A stretch of 64,000 bases of DNA from Candidatus Latescibacterota bacterium (GTDB taxonomy: Bacteria; Latescibacterota; UBA2968): assembly GCA_965198115.1 (NCBI GenBank), contig OZ240241.1, positions 7,200,001 to 7,264,000 on the forward strand, written 5' to 3'. Positions 42,361 to 53,344 of this stretch are shown in pieces. Both the position numbers and the translations under genes were made by a program. How positions within the stretch are numbered: position 1 is the stretch's first letter; each line of letters begins with the position of its first letter. Below the pieces are notes generated by a model. That model had not been told where the DNA came from and did not search any database. It saw nothing but the letters and a program-made list of their open reading frames with translations.

Positions 42361-43989
42361 CCTGAATTATGCATAAAAAAGGTAGTCTCCTTGTACAAGT
42401 GTTTGTTTTTCCCTACATTAGGGCTGACACATCAAAACAACACTTGGAAGGAACTACCGTGATAGAACCTAGTCAGATCCGGTTACCATTCGCAAGCATT
42501 TCGGGCAAGGTAGTTGAGGCTGATTTTGCCGGTGGCGCCGTCAGGAGTGACGGTGGAGTTCTGTTGCTTCGCGCCCTTGAGTCTCAGATGGGATTGATCG
42601 CCAGAATGGTAGATGCTTTGCGAGATCGTCGTCACCCAAGCTATATCGATCACACGCTTTTGGATCTTGTGAAGCAGCGTGTTTTTCAGATCGCTTGCGG
42701 CTATGAAGATGCCGTCGATTGTGATGATTTGCGCCACGATCCGGGCGTCAAGGCTGCCTGCGATCGGCTTCCTCTTTCCGGTCCTGATCTCGGGAGCCAA
42801 TCAACGATGACACGACTTGAGAATGATGTGCGACGCTCGGATTTGTATCGGCTCGCACGGGCTTTTGTAGACGGGTTCATCGCATCGTATGACCAGGCAC
42901 CCCCAAGCATCATTCTCGATATCGACGACACGGATGACCCAACGCACGGTGCGCAACAATTTTCACTCTTCAACGCGTATTACAATGAACACTGCTATAT
43001 GCCGCTACATATCTATGAAGGCCAAAGCGGCAAGCTCATTACGACGATCTTGAGACCCGGGCATCCGACGAACGGTAAACAGGTCGTTTCTATTCTCAAG
43101 CGCTTGGTGGAACACCTACGCGGATCTTGGCCAAACGTGGAGATCATCGTTCGCGCAGACTCAAAGTTCAGCTCACCAGAGATGCACGATTTCTGCGAAG
43201 ACAACGGTATCTACTACGTTCTGGGCCAGGGCGCCAACTCCAAGCTCAAAGCGGCTGGACAAAACCTGATGGACCAAGCGCTACGTCTGAGCGAGCATAA
43301 GGAGACGATTCGCTTGTTCTCATCCTTCTCATATCAGGCTGGCACCTACCGGCAGCCTCGCCGGATCATTCACAAGGCTGAAGTCACAAACGGCGAAGCA
43401 AATCCAAGATACCGCGTGACCAATTTACAGAGTAATCGAGACGGCTTTATCTATGATCGTATCTACTGCGCAAGGGGACGCACGGAAGGCTTCATCAAGG
43501 ACCACAAAACATTCCTTCACTCCGATCGAACATCGTGCCACAAGTTTGAAGCCAACCAGTTCCGACTCTTTCTACACAGTGCTGCATACGCCTTGCTTCA
43601 CGCACTCCGATCACAGGGACTCAAGGGCACCGCGTGGACCAAACCTCAGGTCAACACGATACAGAACCGTTTCCTCAAAATCGGCGCGAGAGTCATTGAA
43701 AGCGCACGAAGAATCCGATTCCATTTTCCAACATCGTATCCACTCAAAAACGTCTTGGTGTCAATCATCACCAGGCTCGAAACGAACACGCAGTAACAAC
43801 GCCGATCTATACCGGGGACAGCTATGTACACGTCGCAAAACAACACCTGTTCCGGACGAAAATCGTGACTCTTGCGACTCGTAGAGACCGCTTACGGGAC
43901 CTTGGACATCCGAAGAAGCCGAGAACAAATCCTGTGCGTGATCACATCACTCCAAAACAACCTAAACTCAAATTCATGCATGATTCAGG
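42361..43989 (+). mobile_element. IS1380-family element
   Basis: IRs cctgaattatgcat / atgcatgattcagg; CTAG on both sides. Confidence 0.93.
42459..43796 (+). CDS. IS1380-family transposase
   Basis: SDGGVLLL, GYEDAVDCDDLRHDP, ILDIDDTDDPTHG, VRADS, YCARGRTE, FEANQFRL. Confidence 0.93.
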   Translation: MIEPSQIRLPFASISGKVVEADFAGGAVRSDGGVLLLRALESQMGLIARMVDALRDRRHPSYIDHTLLDLVKQRVFQIACGYEDAVDCDDLRHDPGVKAACDRLPLSGPDLGSQSTMTRLENDVRRSDLYRLARAFVDGFIASYDQAPPSIILDIDDTDDPTHGAQQFSLFNAYYNEHCYMPLHIYEGQSGKLITTILRPGHPTNGKQVVSILKRLVEHLRGSWPNVEIIVRADSKFSSPEMHDFCEDNGIYYVLGQGANSKLKAAGQNLMDQALRLSEHKETIRLFSSFSYQAGTYRQPRRIIHKAEVTNGEANPRYRVTNLQSNRDGFIYDRIYCARGRTEGFIKDHKTFLHSDRTSCHKFEANQFRLFLHSAAYALLHALRSQGLKGTAWTKPQVNTIQNRFLKIGARVIESARRIRFHFPTSYPLKNVLVSIITRLETNTQ

Positions 43990-44436
43990 CTAGGGGTTGG
44001 CCGACCTGGTTTTCGGAGGTGAGGCAGATGGTTTCGCCTGTCGTTTCTTCGAGCAGACGTGGACAATGTCGGTGGCGTGGTCGTCGAAGCCGAAGTGAGC
44101 AACGTAGATCTTCGCACCCGCGCGAATCGCGAAATCAAGAGCTCGAACCGATTCCGCGACGACTTGATCGACAGCCGCCGACGCGGAATCACCGTAGGGC
44201 AGCCCGAATGGCCCGTGCATGGCCACAACGGATACGCCGTCGTTTCGGCAAGCCGCGAGGAGCTCTTCGACCTGTTCACTATCGTGATAGTCAAAGCTGG
44301 GTGGGACGGAGGATATTTCGATTTTTGAAATACCGACCGACCGAACAGACGCGATCTGGCGGGCACCGAGACGATCGCCTTGGTAAACGGCTGTCGATAG
44401 CGCCATTCGCGATCTGAAGTCAACGGGAAAAGCCAT
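43990..44436 (-). pseudogene. sugar-phosphate isomerase/epimerase (TIM barrel), truncated by IS1380
   Basis: VGISKIEIS, VAMHGPF, GAKIYVAHFG; frameshift near 44055; cut at the IS end. Confidence 0.7.
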
Positions 44437-44468
44437 GTGTGGAATGACTCTCCAGCCACCCGGATCGG

Positions 44469-47400
44469 TCAGTCCGAGTCGTTCGGTAGCGCGGAGATGA
44501 CCTGCGGCGCGGCGCGCATGGGCGAACAGATTCCCTTGCCGACGCCACGACCTGCACGCGGCGGATTCCCGATGGCCGTCTGGATGCCGGCGAGGAGGAC
44601 ATCCCTGAATCGCTCGTTACCCGTGAATTCGTGAGCGGCCGCGATACCTTTGAGAATCCGCATGTCCGCGCCTTCGTTGACGCGGGATTCGGGGCAGCAC
44701 GTGTAGTGGAAGGCGCCCACCTCCGGGACCCACATTTGCTCGATGCAGTAGTCGGCCGCTCGAACGATGGCGTCTGCCACACGCTGGTCTTCGGTTACTT
44801 CGTGATAGCGCTTGAGCCCGATCATGAGGATGCTGACCATGAAACCGGCATTTCCCATGTGTCGGGGTGGATCGCAGTGGCAATGGCCGGGTACCATGAG
44901 ACGATCCCATCCTCCCGAGGGGCGCTGGCGTTCGAGGACGCGGTCGACGATGATGCGAGCAGCGTTGAGGAAGACGCGGCGCCCTGTTGCACGGTAGGCG
45001 GCTGAGAGATGGATGAGGTGCCAGCCCGAATTGCGACAGTTCGTGAAATCGTAGTTGTTGACCATCTGGCCAACGAGGTTTTCGCAAGCCTTCGATGCCG
45101 CATCTTGCGATCGGGGATCTCCGGTGAGGAGGTGATGGAGAAAGAGCCCCTCCACCCACGTGTGGGAGACGCTCGACCGGCCCGCAAAAATGGCGGTTTC
45201 GCGATAGCCGTCGGGATAGTAGCTGCCGACGTGTCCGACGCTGTGAAGGTATTGATTGTTTTGAAGAGCCGGTTCGCCGACGTGGCAGGTGTCGACATCG
45301 ACGAGGTGTCGAGCGGCCTGGTCGGCCCAGGTATAGAAGTCTTCGTGTCCTCCGCGCAGGTATTCCTGGAGAAAACACCACGGCGTGTCGTATTCCAGGT
45401 TTCCCCAGTTGTAGACCCGTTCCCCGTACCAGTCTCCAAAGTTCAACATGCCGTAGGAACGCGATTCTTCGCGGTCCTTCGCGTAGGCGGATCGGGCGGC
45501 GTCGACCCACGATTCGTAGGGCTCGAAGGGGGACGGGTCTTTCGGGGGGAGGCGTGTCCACGCGCCGCTGTTGTTGAGCACGGACAGGGGAAACCGATGA
45601 AGCGGCGGCTGATTGACGGTATTGACGAAGGAGGTGAGGGCGACCTTCCCGTAGTCGAGCCAGAATTCGTGGGTACGCGAGACGCCACGTCTGAAGCGGT
45701 ATCTGCCGTCGAGGAGATAGTAGAACAGTCGATCCTCGAGTTCGCCCCCTGACGGGTAGTCCTCGGTTGTGAGGGGTGGGCAGATGTCTATTGAGAGACC
45801 CCGTGTGTCGACCTGCCATCCTTTGGGATAGTTTTCCCAGAAATCTCTACAGGCAAGAGTGAGCGAGGCGCCACCCGAGACGGTGACACCGCCCTTCGAC
45901 CGTCTGCCTTCCTTGATCGTGGCGTTTTTCTGCGAGAGGACAAACCGATCGTCGTGGGTCTGTGTGAGGCTGACAGGACCGTCGGTGAGACTCGATTTTT
46001 GCCCTTCCGATCGAACGCTGGCACTCTTGCCGAAAGGCGTGTCGACGCGGAGGGTCAGTCGGCGAACACGGGTGAAATCGTCATCTGCGTCGTTCAGGTA
46101 GGTGTGGTGTATCTTGATGTGGGTGCTGTTTCGATATAAATGGACCCGGAACGTTGAGGAGAAGAGGGTGTCACCGGTCCGGTTACGATGCGGGACGTCG
46201 ATCCGTACGCACACTCGTTCGGACCCGGATTCCTCGATTCGGACGATGTCGGGTTTCAGGCTGTTGAAGACGCGACCCCGGCCGTCATACAGCGATACGG
46301 CAGGAGAGCCTTTGGGCGGCGTGATGGGCAGATAGGTGTTGGTCTTGCGGTCGAACCGCTCGACGAGACCGGGAAGCACGGTCCGGTCCTTCGGGAAACG
46401 CACACGAAGGGGACCGGTGGTTACCACGTATTCGGCCCGTCGATTCTGCGTGTGGATGCCGGCGACCGAATCCGACGGGTCGATTCTGTGGCCGTATTCT
46501 ACGGCGACACCTTCGCTGCCGTCAGAGGTGAAGTCTGTGAGCAGCCATCGGATGCTCCCGTCGGGCCAATGGCTTAGAGGACGTACCTGGGAAGGGATTG
46601 CCTCGTTGTCGTTCTGGTCGAGCAGGCGGATGGTGCGTGGGTCGGTGACGGCTCCTTGCGGAAAGGGCATCCCCATGCTGATCGGCCAGGGGATGCGCGT
46701 TGCGCGGACATCCTGAAGTGTGAATCTCCCCTCCTGTCGCGCGCGTCTTCGTCCACGGGCACGTGGCGTGAAGCTTCCAGCGTGAGTGGCGTGCAGCTCG
46801 CCTGCCCGCAGGTCGATTTCGTAGCGATAGGTTAGGCCCGGCTCCAGAGCGTCCATGCTGCTTTCGTGGGCGGACCGGTTCCGGATCCGGACGGTCTTGA
46901 ATCTCGCGCCGACTTTGCCCCAGCGAAAGGTGCCGGATGCTGGACGGTTCGTGATCCAGCTGGCGTAGGCGAAGAGATGGTCCCCTTCGTGTCTCACATC
47001 CACATCCGGTGTGGACAGGGTAAGCCGGGGCTTGAGGGTTCGAGGCAGCGTGGGCAAAAGTAGGATGGTCTCGATGCGGCACGGGCTATCCGTCTCCCGG
47101 GTGACGAGACGGATGCGTTCGCCACCCCGAAAAGCGAACTTCTCCGGAATGAAAAAGAGGTGTCGGCGATTGTCGGGATCTGGATGCTGGGCCACGGCTA
47201 CACGGCGATGACCGATCCAGATGTCGATGGATTCATCGCGGTCGGCTATGGCGTATGCGACGAAGCCGAGATGATAGCTACCGGGGGTGCGAATGACCTC
47301 GCTGAGCTCGCTGGGGAGACGCGCCTTGCAAACGGATGCAGGGCGATAGACAGATGCGTTCGCATATTCAGTGAAGGTGTCGTTGACGAATCCGTCGAGA

Positions 47401-47507
47401 CGGCAGGCAAAGGCGTGGGTGGTGGGGGTATCGTCCCGGGCGAGCAGCTCGTCGATGCGGGCGTCGCCGCTCAGTATTCCGGCTTGGGGGACGGTGTTGC
47501 GAGGCAT
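44469..47507 (-). CDS. large hypothetical protein, YetA/exo-rhamnogalacturonan-lyase-like with probable (alpha/alpha) barrel
   Basis: GMPFPQGA, HWPDGSIRWLL, YGMLNFGDW, NLEYD, RHLVDVD; start placed at ATG 47507. Confidence 0.65.
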   Translation of the reverse strand: MPRNTVPQAGILSGDARIDELLARDDTPTTHAFACRLDGFVNDTFTEYANASVYRPASVCKARLPSELSEVIRTPGSYHLGFVAYAIADRDESIDIWIGHRRVAVAQHPDPDNRRHLFFIPEKFAFRGGERIRLVTRETDSPCRIETILLLPTLPRTLKPRLTLSTPDVDVRHEGDHLFAYASWITNRPASGTFRWGKVGARFKTVRIRNRSAHESSMDALEPGLTYRYEIDLRAGELHATHAGSFTPRARGRRRARQEGRFTLQDVRATRIPWPISMGMPFPQGAVTDPRTIRLLDQNDNEAIPSQVRPLSHWPDGSIRWLLTDFTSDGSEGVAVEYGHRIDPSDSVAGIHTQNRRAEYVVTTGPLRVRFPKDRTVLPGLVERFDRKTNTYLPITPPKGSPAVSLYDGRGRVFNSLKPDIVRIEESGSERVCVRIDVPHRNRTGDTLFSSTFRVHLYRNSTHIKIHHTYLNDADDDFTRVRRLTLRVDTPFGKSASVRSEGQKSSLTDGPVSLTQTHDDRFVLSQKNATIKEGRRSKGGVTVSGGASLTLACRDFWENYPKGWQVDTRGLSIDICPPLTTEDYPSGGELEDRLFYYLLDGRYRFRRGVSRTHEFWLDYGKVALTSFVNTVNQPPLHRFPLSVLNNSGAWTRLPPKDPSPFEPYESWVDAARSAYAKDREESRSYGMLNFGDWYGERVYNWGNLEYDTPWCFLQEYLRGGHEDFYTWADQAARHLVDVDTCHVGEPALQNNQYLHSVGHVGSYYPDGYRETAIFAGRSSVSHTWVEGLFLHHLLTGDPRSQDAASKACENLVGQMVNNYDFTNCRNSGWHLIHLSAAYRATGRRVFLNAARIIVDRVLERQRPSGGWDRLMVPGHCHCDPPRHMGNAGFMVSILMIGLKRYHEVTEDQRVADAIVRAADYCIEQMWVPEVGAFHYTCCPESRVNEGADMRILKGIAAAHEFTGNERFRDVLLAGIQTAIGNPPRAGRGVGKGICSPMRAAPQVISALPNDSD

Positions 47508-47734
47508 GGGGGAGTCTCCGGGCTGAGAGCAGATCCTACGAGGCGCGGCATGATACGCACCCGGACCATGCGGCGCAAAGGAACGGATTCCGAGTAGTTG
47601 GTTGGACCCAACAGATTGCCTACCATTGAAATCGAGGATCGAAACTCGAGTATCTGAGAATCGAAAACCGATCAACGGGCGTCGAACAAAGGGATTGATT
47701 GTCGAACTCCGAGATCGGCGTTGATGGAGGACTT

Positions 47735-48412
47735 ATGAAAACGGTGAGACCCATCCTGATTACGTTCCTTGTTCTACTCTTGGCAGGATGCGGGGGGACG
47801 AGAGATCCCGTTGTAGAAATGCAGCGATCCCTGTCGTCAGCGCCCGACTACACGATTATCCTGGAGGATATGCGGGCTGAGGAGGGGCTTTTCCCGAAAT
47901 ACTACCACCGGTACCGAGTGGTTCAGGGAGAAAAGCAGGTGGAAACGAACTGGGTAGACGTCCAGGAAGAGATCTACCGAAAATATGAACCCTTCCTTGG
48001 GATGGCCCTGGCGTCGAAGACAGAAAGTGAGGTGACAAATAGTCCCCATCCACCGGGCTACAACTATGTCGGCAACCCGACCTACGGCCACTGGGGTGGG
48101 GGTGGTTTCTGGGTGTGGTACGGGCAGTATTCGATGATGCGGAGCCTGATGGGCGGAGGTATGGGGCGGCAAATCTACCGGAATGAATGGGACGACTATC
48201 GGAGCCATCGGACGAGTCAGCGTCCCTACTATGGCAAGAACAAGGATTTCGGCACGAACGGTTCGCTCACCAAACAGAGTAAACCGGCATTTTACCAGCG
48301 TAGACAACGCTCGCTCGCCCGCCAGCGGAGCGGCTTCGGGCAGAGGGTCAACAATCGCATCGGTCGCAGCCGCACAGGCTTCGGCAGCCGCGGAGGGGGA
48401 TTCGGAAAATGA
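47735..48412 (+). CDS. lipoprotein with Gly/Arg-rich C-terminal tail
   Basis: SD ggagg; lipobox LLAGC; tail SRGGGFGK. Confidence 0.85.
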   Translation: MKTVRPILITFLVLLLAGCGGTRDPVVEMQRSLSSAPDYTIILEDMRAEEGLFPKYYHRYRVVQGEKQVETNWVDVQEEIYRKYEPFLGMALASKTESEVTNSPHPPGYNYVGNPTYGHWGGGGFWVWYGQYSMMRSLMGGGMGRQIYRNEWDDYRSHRTSQRPYYGKNKDFGTNGSLTKQSKPAFYQRRQRSLARQRSGFGQRVNNRIGRSRTGFGSRGGGFGK

Positions 48413-49269
48413 CGACGGACGATCTGATTCTGACGGTGATTTATTTGGTATGCTTGTTCGCGCTGTTTTGGATCGGGAAACTGATCTACGACCTGACGAC
48501 ACCGTCTTACTCGTTGCGTGAACAGCTGGTCGAGAAGGACAATCCTGCCCTGGCCGTCGCCCTCGTCGGCTACTATTTGGGTCTGGTGATTGCGATCGGG
48601 GGAGTGATGAGCGGGCCTTCGAAGGGGCTCGAGGAAGACCTGGTCGATATCGGGATCTATGGCGCCCTGGCGATCTTGCTTTTGAATCTGTCGAGAATTC
48701 TGAACGACCGGCTGGTGCTGCGGAAATTCAGAGTTCGAGACGAGCTGATTCGCGACCACAATGTGGGCACGGGGGCCGTCGTATTCTCGGCTTACGTCGC
48801 GACGGGGATGATCGTGTTCGGGTCGGTGTCGGGCGTCGCAGTTCTGGACACGGCGGGAACGGTTCTGAGTGTGGTCGTGTTCTGGCTGTTGGGCCAGCTG
48901 GCACTGGCGATCGCCGGGATCGTGTATGATGCGATGACGTCCTACGAAGTGCACGCCGAGATCGAAAAGGACAACGTCGCCGCGGGGATCGCTTTCGGCG
49001 GGGCTCTGATCGGACTGGGCAACATTCTGAGACACGCGGCGGCAGGGGATCTGATTTCCTGGCCGATGGCGTTTCAGGAGTTCGGGTTCGAACTGCTCGT
49101 CGGCCTGATTCTGCTGCCGGTGATGCGAACCGTGACGGATATGGTGCTGCTGCCTGGTGCAAAGCTGTCGGATGAGATCGCGAATCAGGAACACCCGAAC
49201 GTCGGGGCGGGGTTCGTGGAAGCCTTTGCCTATGTCGGTGCGTCTTTTCTGATTGTATGGAGCGTTTGA
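48409..49269 (+). CDS. DUF350-type membrane protein (tandem duplicated domain)
   Basis: Repeated motifs EQLVEKDNPALA, ELIRDHNVGTG, EIEKDNVAAG, EIANQEHPNVGAG. Confidence 0.8.
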   Translation: MTTDDLILTVIYLVCLFALFWIGKLIYDLTTPSYSLREQLVEKDNPALAVALVGYYLGLVIAIGGVMSGPSKGLEEDLVDIGIYGALAILLLNLSRILNDRLVLRKFRVRDELIRDHNVGTGAVVFSAYVATGMIVFGSVSGVAVLDTAGTVLSVVVFWLLGQLALAIAGIVYDAMTSYEVHAEIEKDNVAAGIAFGGALIGLGNILRHAAAGDLISWPMAFQEFGFELLVGLILLPVMRTVTDMVLLPGAKLSDEIANQEHPNVGAGFVEAFAYVGASFLIVWSV

Positions 49270-49322
49270 GGTAGGACAAACCGCCCTCGTGCAAAGCACG
49301 AAGGCGAGAGCGTCATTTTTTG

Positions 49323-50742
49323 GGCTATATCCGGATCTCTCAACGAGATGAAGTGGGTGAAGGTGCCGTGGTTCCTGGCATGGGGGCGCGGTTAGAGTGT
49401 GCGGAACCTCTTCGGAATCTGCTCAGGGATGTTTATGTCTCCGACGGTAAGGAAGATCATATCGTTGAATGCGTCGAGTGTGCGGAATCCGCTGGCTCGG
49501 TTCTTGACGATTTGGACGATTCGGTTGAGGCCTTCGGCGATGGCGTTGGTAAGACGCGTGTTCACGAATGCGAGGACGCCGAAGAAGTGCTGTCGCAGGG
49601 TCCTGACGAACTTTCGCAGGGGTTCAAGTCGACTTCTGAGTGCGGACGTCGTCCAGCATTTCAGGAAGCGTTCGGCAGCCCAGGGCGCTTTGTATTCCCA
49701 GAACTGCTCGAACTCGTCCTTGAGTCTCCAGGCTCTATAGATTCGGTAGTTCGCCTTCTCCAGTGCTTTGAGTGTCCGAGTATCCCCTCTGGAGCGTGTC
49801 GCTGAGTGCCGGTAGAGGAGCCATCGGAGGCCCTTCATGGCTTTGCGCTCATCCGGGGCAGCTTTACGCCACTGGTCCTTACGGACCTCGTCAACGGCGG
49901 CATTGAGAGCCTTGACGATGTGAAAGCGATCGAGGACCAGCTTGGCATTCGGACAGTGTTCCTGGATGGCTCCGATGTAAGCTTCGCTCATGTCGCAGCA
50001 GGCCCACTCGATCTTGGATCTCCGGTAGGGACTGAGAGCCTCTGTGAAGAACCGATCGATCGTTTTACGCGCCCTGCCGCGGCCAACCCACACCACGCAG
50101 GAGCGGTCCAGATCGTAAACGAGCGTGGCGTACCTGTGACGCTTGGCGTAGGAGATCTCGTCGATCCCGATGGTTTTGAGCCCTCGGATACGATGACCTT
50201 CACGAAGCCGCGTGATGGATCGGTGAAGGAGATCCGACAGCGTCGAGGCAGAGATGCGCAGCAACTCGGACGCCGCCTTCTGCGTCATGGTCTGGCAGTA
50301 GCGCAGCATGGCATACTCGAAGCGATACGTCACCCGAGAGAACCGCTCCGCCTACGGAATCTCCTCGACCACACGACCGTGGGTAGGACACCGAATCTCC
50401 CGAGGATGGTAGAGAAGCCAGACCCTCCACCCGCACACCGGAATGTCACGCCACCGACGCGGATGGGGCATTGTGCGGACGATTTTACCTCGACGGCCGC
50501 ACTCCGGACAACAACAACCATTCTTATGTGGCTTTACGGCGATGACGAAGCAGCTTCTCCCCTCAAACCACCAGCTGACAACACGGAACCCCTTGAATCT
50601 CAGCAGTTTCGATAGTAATCTGCTCCCGGTCATAGGTCGCACCCCCTTCGCTTTGATTGTCCTACACACACAACCAAGCGTAGGGAACGATCTATGACCT
50701 TGTCATTCTATAGTTTCACCGTTGAGAAACCCGGATAGAGCC
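49323..50742 (-). mobile_element. ISL3-family element, copy 2 (premature TAG at 50352-50354)
   Basis: 8-bp target duplication ATTTTTTG at 49315-49322 and 50743-50750; TGG>TAG relative to copy 1. Confidence 0.95.
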
Positions 50743-50881
50743 ATTTTTTGCACGTAAAGCGATACACTCGTCCCTGTGCGCAGCACAGGGACGCATAGCT
50801 CCGTGGCGTTGTAGCGACACAACCTTTTGACAGTTTTCGGCTCACGGATAACGGCCAACGTTCCTTACGCTTATCCTGTTC

Positions 50882-52426
50882 ATGAACGAACTTCAAAAAC
50901 AGAGCATCCTCCTCAAAGCCTGCATTTTTGCCACAGGGTTGAGCGGCATCGTCGCCGAGTTCACGCTGTCGACGTTGGCGAGTTATCTGCTGGGCAATGC
51001 GACTCTGCAGTGGACGCTGGTGATGTCGATGATGCTGTTTGCGATGGGCGTGGGTAGCCGCGTGAGCCGTCACGTCGAGGATCGGCTGCTGGATCGATTC
51101 ATCCTCGTGGAGTTCGCCCTCTCGCTTCTGTGCGCGACGTCGGCGGCGGTGGCCTATTTCGGGTCGCTCGTGACGGGGGGCGCGGGCACGTTCATCTACC
51201 TCTACGCGCTGGCCATCGGAGCACTGATCGGCATGGAGATTCCGCTGGTGGCCCGTATGAATGAAGCGTATGAGGCGCTCCGTACGAACATCGCCGGCGT
51301 GATGGAGAAGGACTACTACGGAGCGCTGGCCGGTGGGCTGGTTTTCGCGTTTTTCGCGCTACCCTATCTGGGGCTGACCTACACACCGATCGCGCTCGGA
51401 GCCGTCAATTTTGCCGTCGCGGGTCTCCTGTTCTGGCGATATCGCTCTTTGGTGTCGAGGCCCGCTCGGACGCAGATGGGTTTCTGGGTGGTGGGCGGCA
51501 CGTTGGTGGCCTTAGCTGCGCTGATCCGGCCCATCGTGATGTTCGGGGAGCAGAGCCAGTACCGAGATCGTGTGGTTTATTCCGAGCAGACGCGATTTCA
51601 GAAGATTGTGATGACGGAGTGGAAGGGCGATCACTGGCTGTTCCTGAACGGAAGTGTGCAGTTCAGCACCTACGACGAGGACCGTTACCACGAGCCGCTC
51701 GTGCATCCCGCGATGCGTCTGTCAGGGAGACGGCAAAATGTGCTCATCCTGGGCGGTGGAGATGGGCTCGCACTACGGGAAGTATTGAAGTACGACGAGG
51801 TGAATCAGGTGACGCTCGTGGACCTCGATCCGGCGATGACACACTTAGGAGCGACGTATCCGGCCCTGGTCGAGGCGAACGATGGGGCGTTCGAGGATCC
51901 CCGTGTGCGCGTGGTCAACGACGATGCAGCGTTGTTCCTGGACAACACCGATGTTCTCTACGATGTGATGATCATCGACCTGCCGGATCCGAAGGGCCCG
52001 AATCTCGCCCGACTGTATACACGTGAGTTTTACACGACCTGCGCCCGCCAGCTGGCCGAAGAGGGCACTTTGGTTACGCAGAGTTCGAGTCCACTGCACG
52101 TGCGGAAGGCATTCCTCTGCGTGATGAAGACCGTGGAGGCAGCGGGTTTCTCGGTCCTTCCATACCACGTGGCCGTGCCGTCGATGGGAACCTGGGGCTG
52201 GGTTGTTGCGCGGAAAGCGAGGTCTATGACGCCGTCGGAACTACGAAAGCTGGCGGTAGAGGAGACGTATGAGGATGTCGAGACAGCTTTTCTGGATGCG
52301 GAAGCAGGTGCCGGGATGCTGAGATTCTGGCGAGGGATGTTCGACGGCCAGGATGCCCTGGCTGTGAACACGATGTTCGATCCAGTGGTGGATACGTACT
52401 ACCGTGAAGCCGATTGGGGCTTTTGA
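50882..52426 (+). CDS. speE: membrane-anchored polyamine aminopropyltransferase (spermidine synthase-like)
   Basis: N-terminal TM bundle; YHEPLVHP, LILGGGDGLALRE, VDLDP, IIDLPDP, LYTREFY. Confidence 0.88.
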   Translation: MNELQKQSILLKACIFATGLSGIVAEFTLSTLASYLLGNATLQWTLVMSMMLFAMGVGSRVSRHVEDRLLDRFILVEFALSLLCATSAAVAYFGSLVTGGAGTFIYLYALAIGALIGMEIPLVARMNEAYEALRTNIAGVMEKDYYGALAGGLVFAFFALPYLGLTYTPIALGAVNFAVAGLLFWRYRSLVSRPARTQMGFWVVGGTLVALAALIRPIVMFGEQSQYRDRVVYSEQTRFQKIVMTEWKGDHWLFLNGSVQFSTYDEDRYHEPLVHPAMRLSGRRQNVLILGGGDGLALREVLKYDEVNQVTLVDLDPAMTHLGATYPALVEANDGAFEDPRVRVVNDDAALFLDNTDVLYDVMIIDLPDPKGPNLARLYTREFYTTCARQLAEEGTLVTQSSSPLHVRKAFLCVMKTVEAAGFSVLPYHVAVPSMGTWGWVVARKARSMTPSELRKLAVEETYEDVETAFLDAEAGAGMLRFWRGMFDGQDALAVNTMFDPVVDTYYREADWGF

Positions 52427-52620
52427 GCAGAGGACTGGGAGCCTGGGGAGAAAGCAAGGTGGACGGTGGACGGTAAACGGTCTAAACGGCTTCGCTCCCT
52501 TGGCAGAGGACAGAAGACAGAAGTGCGGCTACGCCCCAAGCCTCCGAGCTGCGAAAGACTACGGTGAGAGGCAGGGTTTTCCGGCCAACGGATCACGGAC
52601 AACGGCCAACTCAGGAGCCG

Positions 52621-53229
52621 TCAGGCTCCGGGCAATATGTTACTGAACTGATACTCTTTGACGATCTCCCCGAGCGAGGCTTCGAACTCATTCTCCCCCC
52701 ATTGCTCGATGAGGAGTACCTGTCTGTCGCTGTCGTCGACATAGGTCCAGTTGACGAAGGGCTTACCGTCTTCGGCTCCGTTCCGGTGAAAGTGACCTGC
52801 GTCGCTCGACTCTGCCTCGAATTCGACGCCCTCGCACGTGACTGTCTCAGGCGGGTCCTCGTGCTCGAGGATGTGATCGGCCACGTCCTCTTCGATGGCG
52901 TCGAGAGAAATCTTGCGATAGATCACCCAGGAAACCTCGTCGTCCTCTTCCCGCTCGAGGTAACGTACCTCGTTGGCACTGGAGAGTTCCCACTCGTCCG
53001 TCCAGTCACCGTCGTAGTCGTATCGGTTGTGCGCCGTGACTTTCCAGGTCGTCAGGTCATAGTCGACGAGGTAACCGACCTGGAGCGTGGCGAGCGAGAG
53101 GTCGACAAGGGGGTCGATCTCGGGCTCTTCCTGCTTCTTTTTGAAGGGGTTCCAATCCAAGGGAGAAAACCTTTCGACGCAGGGAACGCGGTGGGTTGAA
53201 GATATCAGCCCTGAAAGGGCGTCATTCAA
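52621..53229 (-). CDS. DUF4178-like protein
   Basis: Acidic beta-rich protein (YLVDYD..W, YLERE, IEQWG) downstream of the pspA homolog; start may be TTG 53160. Confidence 0.65.
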   Translation of the reverse strand: MNDALSGLISSTHRVPCVERFSPLDWNPFKKKQEEPEIDPLVDLSLATLQVGYLVDYDLTTWKVTAHNRYDYDGDWTDEWELSSANEVRYLEREEDDEVSWVIYRKISLDAIEEDVADHILEHEDPPETVTCEGVEFEAESSDAGHFHRNGAEDGKPFVNWTYVDDSDRQVLLIEQWGENEFEASLGEIVKEYQFSNILPGA

Positions 53230-53252
53230 TAGCCCGGGGCGTCAGCCCCGGG
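53207..53252. repeat. REP-like double hairpin
   Basis: gccctgaaagggc and cccggggcgtcagccccggg. Confidence 0.5.
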
Positions 53253-53344
53253 CCCCCTTACGAGGACGTTGACGCGCGTCGCGGCTGCGATAGGCCCTGC
53301 TTGGAAGCAAGCCCCTCGACGCACAATCAGGCCACGCAGAACCG

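Noticed and set aside
26308-50354. Amber recoding suggested by two in-frame TAGs
   Set aside because: TAG ends normal genes here (14016, 41460, 60177), and ISL3 copy 1 has TGG at the equivalent site.
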